A DNA stretch of 64,000 nt. Origin: Ascidiella aspersa. Its lineage: Eukaryota. Location of the stretch: assembly GCA_963924565.1 (NCBI GenBank), contig OZ004608.1, forward strand, positions 31,992,001 through 32,056,000, read 5' to 3'. Positions 1 to 10,804 of this stretch are shown in pieces. How positions within the stretch are numbered: position 1 is the first letter of the stretch; each line of letters starts with the position of its first letter. A program made the position numbers and the translations under genes. The notes below the pieces were generated by a model. That model made no database searches. It was not told the DNA's origin and saw only the letters and a program-made list of their open reading frames with translations.

Positions 1-841
1 CGGCTTCAACCGAAAGTAGCACCTGTTGATGCTCTTCGCCTGATGCCATTTTCTAACCGGTATAAAATTTTGTTTTTTTTGCAAATAGCTAAGTTTTGGT
101 CCAAATAGCTAACGACAAATTACAGTTGACTTTTTTTTAGGATTTTAAAAAAGTAAACAAAGCAACTTGACAACGAATCGCTCAAGCATATCAAGCTATG
201 CACGCATGATTTATCGGCAATTTTTTCATCAACTTAGGCCAATTTACCGTGGCCATTCAGAAAACCCTGGTTTAGGTATATTATTTTTATTTCTTTGGAT
301 CATTTCGACGGGTTAAAAACTTAAAATTGTCATGTATATTCAATCAAGATATTTAGAAATAGTTGGTGACTGTCAATGTTGTAATGACGTAAGTCTATGA
401 CTTGAATAAGTGCACCTATTTCACTGTTTTCAAATGACTTAACTCGACTCAATTGAGAAAATCACTTGACTTGAATTTATGTCTTGTACACAAAGACGTG
501 ACGTGTGTTAAATGCTTAAGATGGCCGTTAATATAGTTGTGGACTGTTTAACTTAATTTAGCCAATTATTAAATGTAGGATATGTTAACTTGTCAGTTAT
601 TTCAGTTTTTAGTGCTTGGTCAGAATGGTACGTGTTATGCCAATGCTATTGCGTGGCACCAAAATGTTTTGTCGCTGTTCAAAGCAAGAATTGGACATGA
701 AACACTTTAAAATACATTTTTTAATAGTACAACAATAAGCGTAAAAAAGTAAATCAGCAATAAAATACAAGCAATATGCCTCCGACTCTTTGTCCATTTT
801 TCAGTTCGGGCGATCTCCAATCGCGCTGCACCTCAACGCAA

Positions 842-2698
842 TCATTTGATCTCTACCGCCGCCCAGCGCGCGTCGTTCTTAAGTTTGTACTCCCGCTGGC
901 GGCACTCGCGCAGCATTCGCATGTCGTCGTACAGCTCCTCGCGCTCAAAGTACAGCAGGTTGTCCATTCGCACCAATTCGTCCTCCCGCTCGCGATTCAG
1001 GCGCGCCATCTCGCGGGCACGAATTTCGGCGTCGCGCTGCCGCTTGCGGGCCTCGGCCTCCTCGAGGCACTTCTGGTGCTCGTTAACAATCACTGAGCAG
1101 CAAACAAGCTGCTGGCGTAAGTCGTCCAGCTCGTCGCGCTGTTGCTTGTACATTTCAAACAGCTTTTCGCGTATTTCTCTCTCCTGTTGGTTTGAAAACC
1201 GCTGCTGCTGATGCTGCTGGTGCTGCTGGTGCTGCTGCTGCTGCTGCTGCTGGTGCTGCTGCTGCTGCTGGTGCTGCTGCTGCTGCTGGTGCTGCTGCTG
1301 CTGCTGCTGCTGCTGGAAATTTGAAAACCAACCTGCGTTTTGGCCAGCACAAGGCTGGTTAGCGCTTAAATTGCTTACTGCCTCTTGAAACGACTTTACA
1401 TTGTTTTGTTCCGGGTTAAGTGGCCACGATTCACGCGGCGGTTTTCGCGCGGGCGGAGTGCTAACGTCCTCGGCGATGTTGTTCGAAAAGCAGAACTGCC
1501 GGTAGTCGAACAGAGTGTTCACGTCGCCGCTGCTTTCAGCCCCAAACGCGGCTTGCGGAAAAGCGTTACGTTTGGGCGACGACTGGTTGTTGTCGGGGTA
1601 GTTCAGTGCAAAGTTCTGGGCTTCGTACCTGTCTCTCCAAACGTTAATGGCGCCCAGCGCTTGCGACGTTTCAATTCGCGCCGATGGACGCACCGCCTCG
1701 TTATTGCTTATATTGTTTGACCAAATGTTGCCAGTTTCCTGCTCAAACGGTATAAATGCGCCTGTTGTTGAGGTGCCGGGAAACGCGGCTTCTTGCGTCG
1801 TCCGCTGAGCCTCGTTGTTTCCATCTTGCGGCTGAAAAGTTTTAAACGTGTCCACCGCTAGCTGCGCCCAAGGGTCGGTGCCCGTGCAAGTAAAGCCTGT
1901 GGTTTGATCCTGTGGCTTATCCGGGTCGGACCAGATTGTCTGTAGCTCATATTTGAAAGCCTCTCCAACACTTCCTAGCGGAAGCTCTTCCGCTCGCTTT
2001 TCGGCCGTTTGGTGGCGCGGATCGGGCGGAGTCAGATCCGGGTCAGTGAGGAACTCCAGGCTCCACGAAGACGAGTGGCTCGACGCCGGTCCGCTGTCGG
2101 TTGTGACGTCATCCGAGGAGAAATCGCTCGGCGACGTTACGTCCGAAATGGTGACGTCACGCTGCGTCAGGATGTCGATTTCTTCGACTGTTCCAGATGA
2201 GTCGGAGCTCACGTAATGAAAGCTCTGGTTGCAGTGAATGGGTTGAAATGGACGATCGACTGGATTGTTCCAAACCCAAGGTCCTCGATCAGTGGATCGC
2301 GAGGACTGCGACCTTTCTTGGAGGTTTACCCTTTTAGGGACTACCTTTCTTTGGTTCCAATAGTCGTCGTCGTCGTCACTATCCGATGAGGTCCACATTT
2401 GACTGTTGGTGGATCGTTCGGAGCGTTTCGTAGCAACGAGCCGTGGTGACGAATCATCATCCGATGAAAATGAAATATCAGTGTCGTACGAAAAATCAAG
2501 TTTTTCGCGTCTGGAAGAACTGGCAGAGACGGGATTACTACGACTCCTGTGAAAATACCTGTATTTGTAAAGCTGACACAACCTTAAATTAATATTAGAT
2601 GATATCTAGGAGTGTGCTTACCTATTGCAGGAGACTCGGTGCATGCCGTCAAGGATTCCTGATTTCAGTTGCAGCCAGGAGTCAATATCCTCGGATTT
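842..2698 (-). CDS. Orphan low-complexity protein (Ser/Asp-rich N-terminus, poly-Q/H tract, C-terminal charged coiled coil), about 575 aa if initiated at ATG 2644; exons 2698-2622 and 2546-842
   Basis: 1.7 kb open exon ending at TGA 844-842. A 75-bp GTAAG...TTTTCACAG intron (2621-2547) joins it in frame to an upstream open exon (KSEDIDSWLQLKSGILDGMHRVSCNR) that begins after a TTTATAG acceptor. No recognisable domain; true 5' end uncertain. Confidence 0.7.
1201..1316 (-). repeat. (CAG)n microsatellite interrupted by CAC/CAT, encoding poly-Q with periodic His
   Basis: Directly visible gct/ggt triplet run on the + strand inside the CDS. Confidence 0.95.
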
Positions 2699-2949
2699 CT
2701 ATAAATATGATAACAACATAAACGTAAAATCTACTTAGGTGAAGTCAGGTATATGCGAAATCTTTTTCCAAGGTATCCATTTGCAAATAACTTAAGTCGA
2801 TTTTAAGTTCATATTATTTCAATCAAAACATGGGAGGGTATGTTTTAAAAATATTAAAACTCACAAAAATAAAAAAAATATATAGAAGGTTCTAAAGGCC
2901 CTTTGAAAACGTGTCGAACTCTTATACAGTATCAAAATGGTTGTTACTT

Positions 2950-3588
2950 CTAGCTAAATGCATCGCACTCAAGCCATGACTTAATGTTACTCACCAATTC
3001 TTCGGAGAATGCCAAATAAACCAGAAAGGCGGCGAACACAACACCGATCAGGGTAAACGGACCCACTTCAATGACACTTATCAATGCTTGTAGGCCGTAG
3101 ATACCAGATGAAGGCCGTTCAGGAAAATAAATGTCGAACTGTGATTCGTTGATACGTCTCGAAACGTAAGCCACAGAGGAAAGTTCGACTTTCGAGACAG
3201 AATAACTGTAGCAGAACTCCAGGTGTCCACAATCGAACATGCAAAACTCTTCGGCCCGCTCGCCAACGCTCAAATCTTCCACCAAAGACTCGGCAACAAA
3301 GTGTACCAGTCTCGACTGGTAGCTGTCGGTGCGTAGGGTAACATTTAGGTTGATCTGGGCACACATCAGGTTGAAACCACTGGTCAGATAGTCGGCGCTT
3401 TGGGCCAGGTGGCTCATCATACCGATTGAAATCTCACCGACTTCCATTTTCCACTCTTCCTCATTTAACTCGACGAATTCGTCGTTAATTGGCGCTTTGG
3501 CGTCGTAAGGGTGACCGTAAATGGTCCCCGACGCGTAGAGAATGAAGCAAATTGCAAAAGAAAGCATGTTTCCTCGCTGAAAATTCAT
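2950..3588 (-). CDS. Orphan single-exon type I membrane protein, about 212 aa (signal peptide, Cys-containing ectodomain, C-terminal TM helix)
   Basis: ATG at 3588 in CACC-ATG context just after a TGCAG acceptor; hydrophobic N-terminus (MLSFAICFILYASG) and hydrophobic C-terminal segment (FTLIGVVFAAFLVYLAF); GC higher than flanks. Confidence 0.65.
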   Translation of the reverse strand: MNFQRGNMLSFAICFILYASGTIYGHPYDAKAPINDEFVELNEEEWKMEVGEISIGMMSHLAQSADYLTSGFNLMCAQINLNVTLRTDSYQSRLVHFVAESLVEDLSVGERAEEFCMFDCGHLEFCYSYSVSKVELSSVAYVSRRINESQFDIYFPERPSSGIYGLQALISVIEVGPFTLIGVVFAAFLVYLAFSEELVSNIKSWLECDAFS

Positions 3589-3965
3589 GGTGCTCACTGC
3601 AGGCAGTTTACACGGATGATAACCGATATTTTTCACATTTTTTAAGTTACCAAGTTACGCCATTGTGACGTTGATCGATTGTGAGAAAACAACTAGTGTT
3701 TTTTTAATTTATTAAGGGTGTGTTTGTAAGTTTTTTAAATCGTAAAGTACGTTATATTTGCTTTGTTCTAATCGCCGGATTTAGTTTGAGCTCACCGTAC
3801 AGTTATAGTTACGTCACAAGGTCGATGTGTGAATCATAACGGCCCTACAAAACACGAAAATAATAATTTTACCTTGTTCTATGATTTTTTACCTTGTAAT
3901 ATTTTAGCACTACTGATTTTCTGGATACAATAGGCTTTGTTACGTAAATTGTTGAAAACATATGT

Positions 3966-4210
3966 CAGTGGTTCTCAAACTTTTTCAATTTGCAGCGCAG
4001 CCAAGTAATAAAAAATCGTGGAACACTGTTTTTATACAATTTTGTGATGGGTTCACCTGAATTTTGAAACAAGCTGGAATAAAACGGTTGTTGTCATTTC
4101 TAAATAGAACAGCTGGTTTGCATGCTGATTTGTAATACAATATTTTTTTACATTTATAAAGAGTTTTGCAGCACACTTAGAACCTTTTGAGGCAAGTTTA
4201 AGAACCACTG
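3966..4210. mobile_element. hAT-like non-autonomous MITE
   Basis: Termini CAGTGGTTCTCAAAC ... GTTTAAGAACCACTG; degraded 8-bp TSD (acatatgt/tcatactt). Confidence 0.75.
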
Positions 4211-4560
4211 TCATACTTTGAATGCTAAGCTTCCGACTACTGTGTAGAAAGTTTTTTTAATACAGGATTTTTTTATCAGCGTTTTAAATTTTTTGCGCGT
4301 GTCTTGCTTTTATTTAGGTCATATATTCTTAACTACTTTGACATTTCAAAATAATCTTACAAACTACCTGACTTTTTATAAATAAACTAAAAAACCTAAA
4401 AACATACGGCTATTTTACTATGACGATATATTTTTTTAAAACAATAATGAAAACAACAATGCAATTATTTACTTGCGTTATCATTTATTTTCTCAAATGC
4501 GACATAGTGATACTTTACAGTAAAAAAATACAAAACAAAATACAACAAGCAACATAAAAT

Positions 4561-6656
4561 CTAGAACATAATTTCTTCCATAGTAATTATCTTGCTTTGG
4601 ATAATATCTTTCAGCCAGATTTCACGAAACTTTGAATTACCTGGTCTGAAATATGAAAAATACATATTGCAGGCAAAACTTCTCAAAACAGGTATATTCT
4701 GTTCAGCAATTAATAATAACAAAATTCTGGACAACACAAAATAACAACATATATGCTCTACTTTTCAATTATTATCAAGGTTTTTTGTTAAACAAATTGC
4801 CTATTCTAAATTAAACATAGCGTTGAGTTTTATACTGTATATAAAAAACAGCAAATGATCCTAATTATTGCTAGGAAAACTTTTTAATAAAGATAATTAA
4901 ATAATACATAAATGGGTAAAAATAAATAATACATCAAAATTACCAACCTGTGAACGAGTCTGTTTCCTTCAAAGACATAATAAACAGCAACAGGGAGATC
5001 CTTTAAAACAATATAAGATAGATTAGAATTAACCTTACAAAAAGAATACGATGAAGAAAATACAGTTATAGTAACTGTATAAATCAGCGAGTCTGAAAAG
5101 TATGGCAGATCTTGACGAGATCTTACAGGTGCACAGCTGAAAAAAATGGGGGTGACAGGGTGTGCCATAGGTCAAAATTGCACATTTTTTTAGATGCAGG
5201 TTGAGTTTATTGAAAAAAACTCGGTGCACCTGCCATACTTTCTTCATTGGTAAATTAATCTAACCTTTTTAGCCCACAGACTAATTTTCTTACATGCATT
5301 CAAATGAGGTAAAGGACTCGGGTTGAGAAAGATTGGTATAAATATTAAATGTCCCTAACCACCAAATCAATAGATTTAATTATAGTATACATTTCATTAT
5401 AAAGTACTGCACCTGTGGCTTTATTTTGGATACATGGATGGTGAAATATACACAGGCAGTTGCTCTGGGAATTGGCTTCCTTCTAGTTGGAATACTCCAC
5501 CTTACTCTGTATTTGTATCTTTTGTCATAATCATGTTCTTCTTCACCCAAATAGTCAACACAATACAGCCAAGCACCATCACGATTCCATGTCTTAAAAT
5601 TGAATATAAAACTTTGGAGCATAATAGTTGAAGGTTGTAGCAAGACATAGTAAGAATATCAAAGTCTGATTTGGAAAATGAATAAAGAGTTATTCGAAAT
5701 GTTTAATTTGATACCCACTTCTGTGTGGGCTTGGAAAATATAAAACTGTTACAGTAAAACAGTTACTTTTTTGGGTACATATAAAATTATGTAATTCATA
5801 TTTTTGAAAAAAAAAACTTTTATTTATGTTTAGGCATCCATGTACGGTCAGTTTAATAACTGTTAACATTGTAAACAATTTAACACTTACTTCAACATAT
5901 TGTTTAATTTGCTCTAAACCGACAGTGTTGTTAAAGTCTTTGCAGGGTGACCATTTAATATCAGGTGTGGGAATATGTAGCTCGTCATCATAAGACACAA
6001 TAATGTTTGCCTGTACTAAACAAGAAGCAGTGATTGACTTAAATCCTATTAGCATTAGCAGTTTATTTATGTTCTGTATAAAAGACTCATCCACTAATTT
6101 TTTTTCGTTACCCACTTTTTGCTTAGCAAATATGTTTAATAGAAAATGTTTTGGCGCTGGTCCAGAGTCCTACCACAGGGTTGAAACATAAAGCAAACAC
6201 ACAATATTTAAGTTAGGGTGTCGGTTAGTGTTTGGGTGATGGTGGGTCAAGGATTATTATCTGATACCCTAACCCAAATAAGGTTCGTTGTGGTAGGATT
6301 ATACACCAGCGCCAATGTTGTATTTAGGGTCAATGAAATTTTACTAAAAGTCGGTTTGAATTACTCATAACCATGAGTTTTAAGTAGGTTTTATAAAAGC
6401 AGTAAGTTGTTATTTTATACCAAAACTCTCACTATACCGTAAAATACTCTTACCATACCGTTAAAATTGTATTTGATAGTTAAACTTTACTGTAAAATAC
6501 AATCGTCACAAGTTTCGGAAATTCTAATTTATCAATCAACAGTTTATTAAATAATCCTACCAAATTATATCTTTTCTCCAAACTGACAGCCTTTAATGCA
6601 CTTTCAATTGCATTGTTAACCAAATCAAATGCTTGTTTTTCGTAATAGCTCTCCAT
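4561..6656 (-). CDS. AKAP14: A-kinase anchor protein 14 (AKAP28 family), 177 aa; exons 6656-6561, 6010-5891, 5592-5413, 5000-4948, 4645-4561
   Basis: Five phase-compatible GT-AG exons; family motifs YRVRWSIPTRRKPIPRATACVYF and HRPGNSKFREIWLKDIIQSK. Confidence 0.9.
6151..6315. mobile_element. MITE family A (TIR about GGCGCTGGTCTAGAATCCTACCAC, internal telomere-like GTTAGGGT/ACCCTAACCC motifs)
   Basis: About 24-bp imperfect TIRs; related copies at 16677-16817, 24297-24502, 24585-25580, 25918-26110 and 61293-61487. Confidence 0.8.
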
Positions 6657-6723
6657 CCGTAGGTCTGTGTGCGTTTTACGAAAAAAATCACTCAAAAAAT
6701 GAATCCAATAGTTGACTCAGAGT

Positions 6724-6737
6724 GTCGCCATGGAAAT
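6724..6737. promoter_or_regulatory. Putative RFX X-box in the AKAP14/CEP76 divergent promoter
   Basis: GTCGCCATGGAAAT closely matches the X-box consensus GTNRCC-AT-RGNAAC (last base differs); about 70 bp upstream of the AKAP14 ATG. Confidence 0.55.
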
Positions 6738-7667
6738 GTGCTGCGGGTAGTCGTCCGTGAAAAATCATAACGTGCCACATATTTTGTGTGGTGATTTAAA
6801 AAAAGAGAAGTATAATTTTTGTTTCAGAGAAAGCTTGTATTTGTCTGGAATTCTTCGCCAACTAAAAGCTTATACGTTTTGTACATAATTTTAACGTAAA
6901 AATGATCATCTAAGGTGGATTCCCACATCACGTGATCACAATACAACGTCGCCAAATTTTAAAATCGCGATCAGTTTTTGATTCCGTTGATGCTATGTTA
7001 GTAAAGTAAAGGGTGTATGAAGTTCCTAAGAATTAAGGCAAAAGACACCCATGATCTCGGCGAAAAGTACCATGAAATACGTAATTGATAACAAACGTTG
7101 ATCCTATTTGTTTTATGTTACTATCTAAAATCTAAATAATTGTCACCCTTCTGTATTTATCCGTGTGACTGTGTCCGACGTGTGTGGCATGTAATATCAT
7201 ATTGCTTCTCCACATAATATCAGTCCTAAATCGAACTGTGATAGAATATATAACACTGACTAGATTAAACTTTAGTTTTGGTTTTTTTAAGTTTTTAAAT
7301 ATGAAGAGTCTTTACTTTTAAATTACTACTTACGTAGTTTTACTTTAAATCAGTGTTTGCTGATAGAATTTTATGGACCCATCTGCCACTGTGGAAAGTA
7401 TGACAGATTTTTTTTTATTTGAAAGCATGGTAGATATTGACAACATCTTAGGATGCGAGGGCAAAAAATCGGGGTGACCCTATGTACCAAAAGTGATAAG
7501 TTGGATTTTAAAAAGGTGGTACACTAAATATATTTTTTTGCATATTTTTTATCAAACTTGACTCTTAACTAATGGCACGAATTATAAAAAATAGCAATAT
7601 TATTCACCCCTATAACAGTGGTTGTCTTTTTAGATTTCCATGTAATATAGTATTAAAGTGTCAAGGT

Positions 7668-9665
7668 ATGGCCTTGCCGCCACAGAAACGAGCTGAACTG
7701 AAGCAAATCATTCACAACCAACTGACGCAATCGGATATTCAAACACAGATCAAACTTGCGGTATCCAGTGCATTATCTCAAACCAGAGAGGAAGACAGCA
7801 GAAATGTGACTGAAGAGCAAATTTTAAGTGATCTAAAGCGACAGGGCATTGTGCAAAATTTGCTGGAAAAGTTAAAATTTGAATCACCGATTTATGAAGA
7901 TGAAACCAAGCCGTCCACACATAAAGTTGTAGATGAGGAAGTTTTACAGGCTAAACTAAATGCAAGAGCAGCAATTGACCCAACCAGAAGATACATATAT
8001 TTTCAGGTACTTGGTGGAAAGGCATTCTTGGATCATCTTAACGCCCCTGCTCATCCAACTGGGGTACATCAAGAGTGTTCGACTTTTTCGTTGCACGTTC
8101 ATTTCAGAGGCCAGCGGTTTAGGTCAAAGCATGTTCCAGCCGCTTGTGATCCTGCATTTTGTGAAAGTTTTCTCTTGGAAATCCACAGTGACCAGGTTGG
8201 CGATGGCGCCGCAATTGCAGATACAAAGAGCATGCTTTTCATGTCCGATGACATTCATCTGATTGTCATGCAACATGAAACTGATGGAAAAAGTTCAATT
8301 ATTTCGTCGCACTACATTGAATGGAGAAAGATACTGACAACTCCAAAGCAGTACCTATCAAAGTCTATTGAGCTAATGGGAATTGGAACTGAATGCAAAA
8401 TACCGGCTGGGATTCTAGATATTCGACTGGAAGTAATTCCATCCTCTAGGGATCTGTCTTTAACCTACGACATCTATGAAGCCCAACTGCAGATGGAAAA
8501 ACAGAGAATAGCGGAGCGCGACCGGCTCTTTCTTGTTTACGCCAAACAATGGTGGAAAGAATACCTGCAGATAAGAGAGGACCACAACCTGCGTTCAGTT
8601 AAGATTTTTGCAGAGGATGAAAACGGCACCAACCGGCTTGTGTGCAGTTATGTTCATCCGCTCAGCACAGGAAGACTGCTTAACACCCCCAGAAGTGTTG
8701 CCAGATTTGTCAGTGCCTTTGGCTACGAAAAAATGTCCTCCATTGGGTCGGCGAACAAAAACCAGCACTGGCTCACCACACATGCTTTTCTATGCCTAAA
8801 AAAGGGGGACCATGAAGATCATAGCAATTTGCTATGCAGTTTATTACTCGGGTTTGGCCTACAGGCATTTGTTTGTATTGGAACCAAGCAAAATAACTGC
8901 TCGTTTACTTGGGTGATGACAAAGTACTGCGATGGCAGTGTGCAGTTTTGGGATCCAGTTTCTGGAATAAGATATGTCCATAGGCGCGTTGAGCCTGATG
9001 ATCCGCCTATGATAAAGCAGCCCGAATGTAGGTATCCTTACAAGACAGTGGACTGCATCTACAATAACCAATCGTTCTATGCAAACTCGCAACATCTTAA
9101 CCTGGTTGAAACCTGTCGTTTTGACATCGATGACCCTTCACTGTGGAAGAAGATGAGTTCGGATGCAATTAAATCAGTCACTGGAGCGACCAAGCTGAAT
9201 TCATCACAGTCCTTTCCACCACTTGCAACACCAACCTTGGATGCCTTGCTTGTCAGTTCCAACCTGGAAATGGAACTCAAGTCACTCATAGTGGATCACA
9301 GAAATGACTTTGACCTAATGACATCGTGGGATGACCATCTTGGTCACATGTTGGCCACTTCCTTGGCCTCCTATGAGCTGGAGCGGCTTAGTGGAATTCC
9401 GAACATTGGAAACAATGATTTTCAGGATATGGTGAGAAGAGCTGTGCCAAACGGAAACACCTTCAAGGGCTTTCCTATCCAGGTTTTACACAGGGATGCC
9501 CGGAGAGCTTTTAAGACAGCCCTGAGGAACTCAATTTGTGCCGAAATCATCAACTGTCGTGGAGATGAAGTGCGACATTCTGTTAGAGTTGTTGTTACGG
9601 TTTATCCAGATGATGTGCTAGTGTCGTGGGTTATGTTTGCGTGTAGATATCGATCTGTGAATTAG
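7668..9665 (+). CDS. CEP76: Centrosomal protein of 76 kDa, 665 aa, intronless CDS
   Basis: N-terminus MALPPQKRAELKQIIHNQL matches the CEP76 start; C2-like region (YFQVLGGKAFLDHL, LHVHFRGQRFRSK), transglutaminase-like GDHEDHSNLLCSLLLGFGL and C-terminal VSWVMFACRYRSV. ATG 7668 preferred over 7572 because a TTTTTAG acceptor ends at 7633. Confidence 0.95.
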   Translation: MALPPQKRAELKQIIHNQLTQSDIQTQIKLAVSSALSQTREEDSRNVTEEQILSDLKRQGIVQNLLEKLKFESPIYEDETKPSTHKVVDEEVLQAKLNARAAIDPTRRYIYFQVLGGKAFLDHLNAPAHPTGVHQECSTFSLHVHFRGQRFRSKHVPAACDPAFCESFLLEIHSDQVGDGAAIADTKSMLFMSDDIHLIVMQHETDGKSSIISSHYIEWRKILTTPKQYLSKSIELMGIGTECKIPAGILDIRLEVIPSSRDLSLTYDIYEAQLQMEKQRIAERDRLFLVYAKQWWKEYLQIREDHNLRSVKIFAEDENGTNRLVCSYVHPLSTGRLLNTPRSVARFVSAFGYEKMSSIGSANKNQHWLTTHAFLCLKKGDHEDHSNLLCSLLLGFGLQAFVCIGTKQNNCSFTWVMTKYCDGSVQFWDPVSGIRYVHRRVEPDDPPMIKQPECRYPYKTVDCIYNNQSFYANSQHLNLVETCRFDIDDPSLWKKMSSDAIKSVTGATKLNSSQSFPPLATPTLDALLVSSNLEMELKSLIVDHRNDFDLMTSWDDHLGHMLATSLASYELERLSGIPNIGNNDFQDMVRRAVPNGNTFKGFPIQVLHRDARRAFKTALRNSICAEIINCRGDEVRHSVRVVVTVYPDDVLVSWVMFACRYRSVN

Positions 9666-10140
9666 CTTGTAATTTTGCTTTTATTATCTTTGTTTTTCAT
9701 TTTTATTTGTGTCAAATTGTTTAGCGCAGTATTAAAGATTATATTTTCTACCTTAGGACATGATTTCAATCTCCAGAAAAAATTGTCTAACTTTTTAATC
9801 TGATTAAACTTACACAAACCACATTTTTAAAAATAGCAGTAGCTTAGGTGTAATGTCTGTTTCAGGGCCACGTTTTGTGATAAAAAAAACAAATTTTGTC
9901 TTAATAGAGGACTGCTAAATAACGTCAGTTGAGTTTGTAAAATAATAATTAGTTGTATTTAGCCAGGATAGGAAGTTCAACACACTTAGTTACATTTTTT
10001 ACAGACGACTGATTCACAAATCAAGGTGAATATGTTTTTTTAGTTACTGACCTTCTACTTTGTCATCTTTATGAAAACTGAAATCGTATTTATTATTTTA
10101 CAAACTAAAACAAAGAAAACTTAAAGGGTGAATGTATAGT

Positions 10141-10398
10141 GGCAGTCTTCTTCCTACTGGCCAAAAAGCAGGCCGGGAATAGCTGAAATGTCAGTATTAT
10201 TTCAGACCCATTCCTCGCGCAACCGATCTCCGTTTGAAGAGCCCGTGCCGCCATTCGAAGTAGGATCAGAGTTGAGCATCGGCAGGTTAGCATTTTCTCT
10301 TTATGGTTATGGTGGCCAGTATAAATATAAGTAATAATTTTAATATTTTACTGCCCTCCCCAAAAAAACGGTGTTTCCTAGGAGAAAAAAAATGGCAG
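10141..10398. ncRNA. Candidate structured non-coding RNA of unknown family
   Basis: GC-rich island in AT-rich intergenic DNA with nested inverted repeats (10141-10146/10350-10355; 10155-10163/10313-10321) enclosing a two-armed junction, followed by a second hairpin (10351-10398). Confidence 0.4.
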
Positions 10399-10667
10399 GA
10401 TACTTGGTCAATGTAAACAAGGTTTTCGCAATTTGGGGGAATTCCCGTTTATACGCAACAACACGAAAAATTAAAAGTAATTTTCTATGGCAAAACATGT
10501 TATACCATAATTAATAAGGTAAATGTTGTTTATAAAAGGTGAGCACAACGTTATTTAACTTGTGTGTTAAAAATCGTTAGCATATCGTCTTAGTCACAGG
10601 ATATATGTACTTGGCAATATTAAAGGTAATTCAACCAATTCCTACTGATAAAGTTTAACTTAAAACT

Positions 10668-10719
10668 TTGTAACGATAGTGGCCATTTTTAGATCTAAAA
10701 ATGGCCACTATCGTTACAA
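10668..10719. repeat. Perfect 52-bp palindrome upstream of EIF2B1
   Basis: TTGTAACGATAGTGGCCATTTTTAGA|TCTAAAAATGGCCACTATCGTTACAA, no spacer and no mismatch. Confidence 0.95.
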
Positions 10720-10804
10720 CTTCGACATTACAAGGTGAAGGTTCAAAAAGTTTTTGAATAGCATTGCTGCCTGCTAAGCCGATTTTAGAAATAATATAAC
10801 AAAA

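Noticed and set aside
360-490. TGACTTGA/AGTCAAG-rich patches (also about 15375-15415, 60880-61230, 63010-63190)
   Set aside because: Probably decayed subterminal repeats of a DNA transposon, but no termini or TSD could be defined.
7572-7667. Longer N-terminus for CEP76 given by the ORF track
   Set aside because: Homology begins at MALPP (7668) and a splice acceptor at 7633 interrupts the extension.
10171-10296. tRNA, 5S rRNA, vault RNA or HDV-like ribozyme
   Set aside because: Only short resemblances (GGCCGG..TAGCT, CCGATCTC, TTCCTCGC); A/B boxes, cloverleaf and HDV P3 pairing do not hold.
9700-10400. Telomerase RNA call for the structured island
   Set aside because: A CR4/5- and H/ACA-like layout is present, but there is no CUAACCCU-type template or clear pseudoknot upstream on either strand, and the P6.1-like stem is imperfect.
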